This document shows, piece by piece, positions 26,558-32,824 of a stretch of DNA of 32,824 bases. The DNA comes from a virus. Lineage: Duplodnaviria > Caudoviricetes. The stretch covers positions 1 to 32,824 of IMG/VR virus record IMGVR_UViG_3300020045_010953, one strand, 5' to 3'. The translations under genes and the position numbers were made by a program. The notes under the pieces were generated by a model that worked only from the letters and a program-made list of their open reading frames with translations, ran no database searches and was not told the DNA's origin. Position 1 is the first letter of the stretch; each line of letters starts with the position of its first letter.

Positions 26558-26898
26558 AAAAATACAAATTTAGATCAGAATCGGCGAGAATCAATTTTTG
26601 CTTTGAATATCTATTCGCAAGAATTGATAAGATCAGGGCAGACAAATTGGTTTGCATATCTGCTTTTGAAATGGAATGCAGAGAAATGAAAGCCATCGCA
26701 TTTACGCAATTAAAAAGAAAATTAGATCAACAGGTTAAATTTGCTAATGCAATTTGCTTGAATGATGACAATTCAGATTTTGATTTGCGGTTTATGGAGT
26801 TAATTAATTTGCTTGTTTCTAAAAAATATTTTCGTTTGGGTGGGCAATTTGATGAAAAATTATATATTTACAAAATCAAGAAAAGATTAGAAATATAA
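26554..26898 (+). CDS. Hypothetical protein (possible winged-helix)
   Basis: Start ATG 26554, ATGA overlap with the primase-like gene. Confidence 0.55.
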   Translation: MKKYKFRSESARINFCFEYLFARIDKIRADKLVCISAFEMECREMKAIAFTQLKRKLDQQVKFANAICLNDDNSDFDLRFMELINLLVSKKYFRLGGQFDEKLYIYKIKKRLEI

Positions 26899-26931
26899 AA
26901 TTTTACATTTTTAAACATCATGTTTTGAAGA

Positions 26932-27376
26932 AAAGCGTATATGCAAAACAAAATTATAATATACGCTTTGTTTTACTGTGTTTATATACAGTTTTTAGGG
27001 TCAAGTTAGGCTGAAACCCGCATGGTTACTGGGTTTGCTACTCCCCGTAACTAAATAGTTACGCAAAGTTGCGTTCAAGTCGTGCGAGAGTTGGGCTACA
27101 ACCCCAGACGCCATGCGGGTTTGAGGGGGTGCAAAATTCATATATATTGAGGTTATTTTTTTTCGGGCTGCGCGTGCTCTCGAACAATATCTGGTTCAAA
27201 AAATAGGCTATCTAGCCTAAAAGTTATAAGGGCGCGAAAAGACAACGTTGTCAGGAATAAGACTCAAATAAATAGTTAATTATAAAATATAATATATTTA
27301 TATATGTATACCCTAGTATCTACGCGGCTTTCAGCGTAACTAGAATGCAATTAGATCGAAACTAGATAGTTAGGGG
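26932..27376. other. Non-coding palindrome/inverted-repeat region: candidate replication origin or packaging site
   Basis: Largest intergenic gap. Three related ~23-bp boxes, three CTA-NN-TAG palindromes and an A/T-only tract at about 27267-27305. Confidence 0.55.
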
Positions 27377-27432
27377 ATGGCGGCGTGCTATATTTACTAA
27401 AACAGGCCAAAAACTGGTCATAAAATAGCCAT

Positions 27433-27810
27433 TTGGCGTCAAAACATAGGTTTAAAAAAATGAAACGCGTTAGATCAGAATTTATTGACAGAAAAGTGAT
27501 AGAACAAATCGATGATGAAAACCCTAAATTTTCAATGTTTTTACTCGCGCTGGAAATTGCAAAAAATTGCTTTGCGCGAAAATATGAATTTAGAAATTTA
27601 ACAATGAAACACAGATTCAAAAATCACGGCGTCTTGCCTAAATCTTTTATTCGCCAAAATTTCTATCGTTCTACAAAACTTTTAGAACTAACGGAAAAGG
27701 CTGGCTACACGTTAGACAAATTAATTGATGAAATTGCAGAAAATGAACGTTTTGAAAAAGTTGAACTTTTCGAACGAAAAGAAAATAAGCAATTTTTAAA
27801 ACTGATTTAA
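27433..27810 (+). CDS. Hypothetical basic protein
   Basis: ORF after the non-coding region; start TTG 27433 or ATG 27460. Confidence 0.55.
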   Translation: MASKHRFKKMKRVRSEFIDRKVIEQIDDENPKFSMFLLALEIAKNCFARKYEFRNLTMKHRFKNHGVLPKSFIRQNFYRSTKLLELTEKAGYTLDKLIDEIAENERFEKVELFERKENKQFLKLI

Positions 27811-27821
27811 GGGTTTTGGTT

Positions 27822-28247
27822 ATGGCGCTTTCTGACGATCCGGTGCTACCTACAAATTTTGCCATAAAATTGTGTGAACAACATTTGATTATTCCAGCTA
27901 AATTAGCAGGTGCTAAAAATCATCTAAAAATCGAAGAAATAAAAAACATGATTGCAGATTTTCAAAGAATGGCAATTTGCGCCGATTTTGAAACATGCCT
28001 TATCGCTTTTCACGGCCACAAGATCACGGAAAAACAAAAGGAAGTTTTAAACGTTGTTTATACGTCAACAAAGCCCTTTATTATGGGTTTAACGGTTGAC
28101 GCCTGTTTACAGGCCATCACTCATAAGTTTCTATCCAAAAACGAATTTGGTGAGGCTGTAAAAGTGATCGTAGAGCAATCCAATGTTAAACCCAATGAGA
28201 CGGGCGCAAAAATGAAAGGGATTTTAGTTAGAGTTAATAAAAAGTAA
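27822..28247 (+). CDS. Hypothetical protein (weak terminase small subunit candidate)
   Basis: Start ATG 27822 behind AAGGG. Size and beta-strand-like tail 'KGILVRVNKK' fit TerS, but there is no diagnostic motif. Confidence 0.35.
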   Translation: MALSDDPVLPTNFAIKLCEQHLIIPAKLAGAKNHLKIEEIKNMIADFQRMAICADFETCLIAFHGHKITEKQKEVLNVVYTSTKPFIMGLTVDACLQAITHKFLSKNEFGEAVKVIVEQSNVKPNETGAKMKGILVRVNKK

Positions 28248-28257
28248 AATAGTTTAG

Positions 28258-28293
28258 GAAAAGGGTATACAATGCTTGTTTTTGGTGTAGAAT
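28258..28293 (+). promoter_or_regulatory. Promoter, class B
   Basis: GAAAAGG-GTATAC-17 bp-TAGAAT. Confidence 0.65.
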
Positions 28294-28323
28294 AAGCACA
28301 TACACACAAGCGAGGCTTTAAAA

Positions 28324-28551
28324 ATGTTGAAAATTGGCGAAAAAGTGAAAATTAATGGTTCAGATTGGGTTATTCGTTCTTTTTCTGAATTTGAATCAAA
28401 TTTGACTAAAATTGTTCAATTAAACAAAGATTTAGGCCGCGACAATGGCGTTTATATGTGCTCTCCTGTTTTAAGAAGTGGCAAAGTGTCAAAAACAACT
28501 AAATCTTTCTTGCGTTTTACAAAATCAGGTAATTTTGTGTCTTTTCTTTAA
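28324..28551 (+). CDS. Hypothetical early protein
   Basis: 75 aa, GAGG RBS, own promoter. Confidence 0.7.
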   Translation: MLKIGEKVKINGSDWVIRSFSEFESNLTKIVQLNKDLGRDNGVYMCSPVLRSGKVSKTTKSFLRFTKSGNFVSFL

Positions 28552-28559
28552 AAGTACAC

Positions 28560-28595
28560 GAAAAGGGTATACAAATCTAAAAAGTGTGTTAATCT
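28560..28595 (+). promoter_or_regulatory. Promoter, class B
   Basis: GAAAAGG-GTATAC-17 bp-TAATCT with extended -10 TG; first 15 bp identical to 28258-28272. Confidence 0.65.
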
Positions 28596-28643
28596 AGGTT
28601 CATGGTGAAGCGATAAGCGCGACACAAAATAGAGAACATTAAA

Positions 28644-28898
28644 ATGTTAGAAGCAGCCAAAAAAGCAGTTGAAGCAATAAAAGGCTACAAATCAAATTCT
28701 GCAATTATGGATTTTGTAACTAAAGAAGCACGCGAAAAAGTGGCTGCTGAAATTCGCCAAGAAATGAAAGGCGGTACAACTGCAAAGGCTGTTGAATTGC
28801 TTGAAATGCGCTACCCAAACATCAAAGCCCGCGTTGAAGATTATGTGAACCTTGGCTTGCTGGGTGTTTATTTTAAATCTTTGGAAGTGGCCGCCTAA
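28644..28898 (+). CDS. Hypothetical early protein
   Basis: 84 aa, own promoter. Confidence 0.7.
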   Translation: MLEAAKKAVEAIKGYKSNSAIMDFVTKEAREKVAAEIRQEMKGGTTAKAVELLEMRYPNIKARVEDYVNLGLLGVYFKSLEVAA

Positions 28899-28922
28899 TC
28901 GCGGCTTAACTAAAGGTGATTT

Positions 28923-29204
28923 ATGAAAAGCGAAAACGATATTGCAATTAATTTATCAGGCGATTGGAAAATCCACACGCCAAACTTTTTCAAAGAACTT
29001 TTAAATAACCAAGGCGCAGGAATATTGGCGCGCCCTTCGCAAATTTTTGCCAATAAGCTAGCCGCAATAGCGGATAGGGCAGTAGAACTGGGTGATAAAA
29101 AACTGCTAAAACTATGTTGTGATTTAACACTGTTTGATGAAGCCGATCCTAACAGCCCAGACTATAATCCTGAAATGGTAAAATCTTTAAGCAAAATGCT
29201 TTAA
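28923..29204 (+). CDS. Hypothetical phage protein
   Basis: 93 aa, AAGGTG RBS. Confidence 0.7.
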   Translation: MKSENDIAINLSGDWKIHTPNFFKELLNNQGAGILARPSQIFANKLAAIADRAVELGDKKLLKLCCDLTLFDEADPNSPDYNPEMVKSLSKML

Positions 29205-29221
29205 TTTCGGAGTGTTTGAAA

Positions 29222-29459
29222 ATGGCAACACCGATAATAGACACAGAACCTAGAACGCCAAGTGTTAATTCTCGAGAAATTGCAAAAAAACTATTTAGAA
29301 AACGAAAACAAGCAATGTAAATATAAAGTTGGCAAGTATTTGGATAATGGCAAAAAGTTTTATAACGAAAAACTTGAGCCTATGAGTCATTTGCAGGCAA
29401 CAACTTTTATTAGCAAGATGGCCAAACCGGCAGATTGGTTTTTGATTGAGATTGATTAA
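29222..29459 (+). pseudogene. Small gene apparently frameshifted at an A7 run
   Basis: GGAG RBS and ATG 29222 give only 32 aa. Removing one A at 29284-29290 joins it to the 29262-29459 frame. Confidence 0.4.
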
Positions 29460-29460
29460 A

Positions 29461-29625
29461 ATGCCCCTCTCAGATTACATCGCACAAAATTACAAATCGC
29501 AGGCAGATTTTGCCCGCGCTCAAAATGTTGCACGGTCTCAGGTGCAAGAATGGATTAATAACGGCTTTATTGTTGTTGATGGAAAACTTTACAGTCCACG
29601 GCGTCAAATTGGAGAAACATCATGA
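29461..29625 (+). CDS. Cro-like helix-turn-helix protein, 54 aa (not in ORF track)
   Basis: MPLSDYIAQNYKSQADFARAQNVARSQVQEWINNGFIVVDGKLYSPRRQIGETS has the 'SQADFARA.xV..SQV..W' HTH pattern. Confidence 0.75.
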   Translation: MPLSDYIAQNYKSQADFARAQNVARSQVQEWINNGFIVVDGKLYSPRRQIGETS

Positions 29626-29726
29626 ATGAACAATTAGGTATTGGAATTTTATTTTCCCCCATTGGCATTATTATGCTGGGTTTGGTTGTTCTATTTTGGA
29701 AGAAATTTGTTCGGTCTGATAAGTGA
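29622..29726 (+). CDS. Single-TM miniprotein, 34 aa (not in ORF track)
   Basis: MNEQLGIGILFSPIGIIMLGLVVLFWKKFVRSDK; GGAG RBS, ATGA overlap. Confidence 0.55.
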   Translation: MNEQLGIGILFSPIGIIMLGLVVLFWKKFVRSDK

Positions 29727-29779
29727 ATACTAAATCACTTTTGTATATGCTATTCTTAACTCTGATATAGGAGAAAATC

Positions 29780-30373
29780 ATGCTCAAATCAATGCAGACC
29801 GCCCAAACCCAAACAGGCTATGTGTTATACCTCGCCTGTGGCACGCCCGATGGCACAGGGCAAACGTTATGGGCTAACTGGTGGGATAACACCAAGTCGG
29901 CCTATAGTGGCTGGGAACGCATGGCAATGCCATTGGAGGACGTGCCTGTTGAAGCCTCGCCAGCAGTGTCAGATTATGAAGTTTTCACTATTGAAAAATA
30001 TGAAGATTGCAAAACAATCCTAAGAAATTTATTGAAAAGAATTAAAGAAAACAAAAAGAAAATAAAATTTAATTTTTGTGATGATATTTCTTTAAAACAG
30101 GCACACGAATTCTTAAGAGAAAGATTCACAAATGAAAAAGTGTTAAACGGTTATAAAATTGTTTCATTAAGCACTCTTTTTGAATATGGTGTAGCCAGTA
30201 TTTTAATTGAATTTATGAGGGTTGAGGAAAAAGAAGAGAAAAGAAAAAAGCCTGATTTTGTTTTGGCTATAGAAGAAGAAACAAAAAGACAAAGCAGGCT
30301 GTGTGAAATTGAATTATTGAAAGCGCGCTTGGTTGAGCTTGGATGCGACTTTAGGAAATTAGATAATATATAA
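29780..30373 (+). CDS. Hypothetical protein, compositionally chimeric
   Basis: AGGAG RBS; GC-rich first ~195 bp, then very AT-rich. Confidence 0.55.
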   Translation: MLKSMQTAQTQTGYVLYLACGTPDGTGQTLWANWWDNTKSAYSGWERMAMPLEDVPVEASPAVSDYEVFTIEKYEDCKTILRNLLKRIKENKKKIKFNFCDDISLKQAHEFLRERFTNEKVLNGYKIVSLSTLFEYGVASILIEFMRVEEKEEKRKKPDFVLAIEEETKRQSRLCEIELLKARLVELGCDFRKLDNI

Positions 30374-30397
30374 AGTTGTTAATTTGGTGGGTTTAAA

Positions 30398-30631
30398 GTG
30401 CGATATAAATGCAGGTGTAATCGCCGCGAATGCCAAGCACGGATAACCCTAAGCAAACACCCTGATGATTATAAAAAAGAAAAGGTTTGTTGGAGTTGTC
30501 GAAAAGGGAAATATTACGTTGATAAAACAAGGATGAATAAAAAGGCAAATGATAGAGGCGTCCCGTGTTCGTATTTGGGTATGACTATTCGGCATCGATA
30601 TTGGCAAAAGAATTGTATTCATCGTGAATAA
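30398..30631 (+). CDS. Cys-rich putative Zn-binding protein
   Basis: CRCNRREC, CWSC, C...H...C. Confidence 0.6.
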   Translation: MRYKCRCNRRECQARITLSKHPDDYKKEKVCWSCRKGKYYVDKTRMNKKANDRGVPCSYLGMTIRHRYWQKNCIHRE

Positions 30632-30695
30632 TTTTTAAATGATAGCGCGATGAAAAACAAAACACAAAACTTTAACAGCGAGTTTGATTTTTAAA

Positions 30696-30899
30696 ATGAA
30701 TATTAAATTCAAGAAAAGAGTCATAGGCTGTTACAATATTGTTTATGAAAAAGATTCTGTGATTGATTACAAGCGTTGGGATAATAATTGGCGCGGCATG
30801 AGCGAACAAGAAAGGGTTGAAAAAGGCGTGTTTGCTGTATGCTATGGTCACGGTGAATTTGATGTTTTTGATAGCTCACAGGTTGAGGTTGTAAAATGA
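30696..30899 (+). CDS. Hypothetical protein
   Basis: Likely start ATG 30696. Confidence 0.55.
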   Translation: MNIKFKKRVIGCYNIVYEKDSVIDYKRWDNNWRGMSEQERVEKGVFAVCYGHGEFDVFDSSQVEVVK

Positions 30900-31024
30900 A
30901 TATTGAAAATCTTTTAGAAAAATTTAAAAAATCAATTGGCACTATGGATGAAAGCGTAAACCATAAAAATATTGTCAATCTGGTTAACAATCTACAAAAA
31001 TATATTTCTCTTTTTGAAGAATGC
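30896..31024 (+). pseudogene. 5' part of a gene interrupted by an antisense fragment
   Basis: GAGG RBS, ATGA overlap, MNIENLLEKF...KYISLFEEC, then runs into the antisense VRR-NUC sequence (stop at 31051). Confidence 0.45.
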
Positions 31025-31412
31025 TCAAGCCACCTTTTGCAATTTTGCTAATAGCTTTTGCTGCTGGTTTTTTCATTTCAATATAAAGGCCGCTATATTC
31101 TAATTCTGTTTTACTTCTACACGGCAATGACAAATCAGAAACGCCATTTTTAACGCCTTCCATTTTCATTTTGTTGCCGCGAATAAAACGGCTTTTTACA
31201 TCGTCACCACGGCTGCCACCATTTTGTATTGCGTGAAACCAATGTAATTCTGGAACTGGTTTAATCACTTCGCATCTTGAAGGCACACGGTTTGTCTCAA
31301 CCCAAAAATCAGCAGCGAAAAAACCATATTTTTCTGCGACTAAACAATATTGAATAATCGCCATTTGATGGCCTGATTCTGTTCCGTTTTTACTTATTTG
31401 ATCTGGTGTCAT
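30984..31412 (-). pseudogene. VRR-NUC nuclease, 3'-truncated and inverted relative to the operon
   Basis: 'TESGHQ', 'WFHAIQNGG.R', 'MKMEGVKNGVSDL', 'GLYIEMK', 'KGGLS'; lacks the usual C-terminal 'G....VC....EA' segment. Confidence 0.7.
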
Positions 31413-31448
31413 TTGGTCTCAACTCATTTATCGATTTTGTTGGTTGGC

Positions 31449-31601
31449 GTCCGCGATATCGTTTTGAAAATGACAAAAGATTTTTTCGAAAAAAGCGAAT
31501 ATCGAGATAAACAATTGTTAGAAAGTTATTTCAATTGCAAAATTGAAATAGATGAAAACATCGATGATTATTTAATTGTGAGGGTTGATCAAAATGATTA
31601 A
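31449..31601 (+). pseudogene. 3' part of an interrupted gene (or short ORF from ATG 31470)
   Basis: VRDIVLKMTKDFFEKSEY...IVRVDQND; no convincing start/RBS upstream in the antisense insert. Confidence 0.4.
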
Positions 31602-31666
31602 GAAAAATTTTAAAATGTATTTCGCCATTATTAACGCCAATCACCTCTACTACGGTGCCCCCAAAA

Positions 31667-31951
31667 ATGGATGGTGAAAACGACAAATTAAAAATTGTTG
31701 AATTCAAAAGAGAGCCTGCTATTAATAGCGGGCTTGTTTCGTTTTTGGAACAGCAATTAGAATTGGCAAAAACGGGCGAACTTAAAATGTTTGCAGTGGC
31801 TTATGTTAATGAAAATGAACTAGGTTATAGATCATTTTGGGAAATTGTTAAATATAGACAATTATCTGCGCTTGTCGGTCAAGTTTCGGCTCTTCATCAT
31901 AATTTAAACGAATGTTTAATTGCTTCCAGCACAGACGTTGGTGATGATTAA
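31667..31951 (+). CDS. Hypothetical phage protein upstream of terminase
   Basis: 'LEQQLELAKTGELKMFAVAYV'; TAATG-coupled to the terminase. Confidence 0.65.
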   Translation: MDGENDKLKIVEFKREPAINSGLVSFLEQQLELAKTGELKMFAVAYVNENELGYRSFWEIVKYRQLSALVGQVSALHHNLNECLIASSTDVGDD

Positions 31952-32349
31952 TGGGCGCATTTGAATCGCTAGACCAACACATTGACGACCTCTATGAAAT
32001 AGAGCTAACAGAACCGCAAAGTGATTTTTTTCTTGGCGAAGAAAAATATAAATTATTTGTTGGTGGGTTTGGTTCTGGCAAATCTTTTACGCTATCAATT
32101 TGCGCTGTAAATGATTTAATTAAATATATAGGCGCAAACATTGGCGTCTACGCTCCAACTTTCGATTTACTCGCACTTATTGCAATGCCGTACATTGCAA
32201 ATCTTTTAGAATCCGGTGGCTATACTTATCGGATCGATGTACAGAAACATATTTTTTACGTTGAGGGATATGGGCGAATTATTTGCAGGTCTATGGATAG
32301 CCCTGCAAAAATTGTTGGCTATGAAGTATTTCGCTCACATGTAATTTGA
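31951..32349 (+). pseudogene. terL: Terminase large subunit, ATPase N-terminus, truncated
   Basis: 'LTEPQSDF', Walker A VGGFGSGKS, 'VYAPTFDL', 'RSMDSPAKIVGYEVFRSHV' stopping exactly where Walker B DE should follow; only 132 aa. Confidence 0.85.
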
Positions 32350-32824
32350 TTAGGTACAACCCTCCAGTTGCCAGAAATTGCTTTTATCGCTGCCTCTGCA
32401 ATATCTGTATTTTCTTCCCAGCCTTCAGCACTTCCTGAATCTTGAAAAAGTATTGCTTTAGTTACTGCTTCAACTAATTCAGGAAATAGTGCGGGCTTAT
32501 CATCCTGCATTGGCATTGCTGGCACGGGGTAGGTGTATAGTCCGCGAACTTCGTATAAATGCCCGCTGCCGCTTATAGGATTGGATTTTATAGACTCTGC
32601 ACGCTCTATCGAGAAATCACTAATTCCGTTCACTATTGCTGACCAATTTCCGAATTGGCCTTTTTGATGATAGTCAACTCGGTGTTGGTAATATTCTGGC
32701 TTTTGTTCCTGCGCCTCATTAATAACTTTTTCAAATTCGTCACGCTCTTTTAACAAACGCAACATTGTGTCGGCAACTGAATAGCCAAGTTTTGTTAATT
32801 GATGGCTGCGAACATGGTTTTCGC
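32319..32824 (-). CDS. Fragment of Ead/Ea22-like accessory protein, probably from another locus or genome
   Basis: 'YEVRGLYTYPVPA' and 'GNWRVVPNQIT' resemble lambdoid Ea22/Ead-family modules; collides head-on with terL. Confidence 0.5.
   Translation of the reverse strand, partial: ENHVRSHQLTKLGYSVADTMLRLLKERDEFEKVINEAQEQKPEYYQHRVDYHQKGQFGNWSAIVNGISDFSIERAESIKSNPISGSGHLYEVRGLYTYPVPAMPMQDDKPALFPELVEAVTKAILFQDSGSAEGWEENTDIAEAAIKAISGNWRVVPNQITCERNTS

Noticed and set aside
26899-27432. tRNA genes or a CRISPR mini-array in the large intergenic gap
   Set aside because: No cloverleaf with a proper T-arm and acceptor stem was found. The repeats are inverted and degenerate, not regularly spaced direct repeats.
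31012-31472. TTTTGAA(G)AATG near-direct repeat as a target-site duplication, or a recombinase-driven invertible segment
   Set aside because: The repeat is short and AT-rich, and joining there shifts frame. Simply re-inverting the segment does not restore a VRR-NUC C-terminus, and no invertase or inverted repeats were found.

Overview
An AT-rich tailed dsDNA phage (Caudoviricetes) genome segment, probably infecting a proteobacterium (inferred from sigma70-type promoters and protein families; the host cannot be fixed from sequence). Layout: (1) 1-4369 (+): end of the tail/tail-fibre operon, a DUF1353-like gene and a peptidase M15 endolysin, closed by a bidirectional terminator. (2) 4380-23897 (-): replication/recombination arm with ATP-dependent ligase, family-C polymerase (DnaE), DnaQ-like exonuclease, RadD/YejH-like helicase, dimeric dUTPase, Cas4-like nuclease, DUF669-like SSB, Sak4-like ATPase and many small early genes. 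One stand-alone + strand gene (10458-11207) with a structured leader interrupts this arm. (3) 24167-32349 (+): a primase/helicase-like protein, a symmetric palindrome-rich non-coding region (origin or packaging site), small early genes with repeated promoters, and a large terminase that is cut off. Two abrupt junctions near the right end (an antisense truncated VRR-NUC fragment at about 31025-31448, and the terminase break at about 32343) look like rearrangements or chimeric assembly. I saw no tRNA, rRNA, CRISPR array or integrase. All family calls come from motif recognition by eye, not from database searches.
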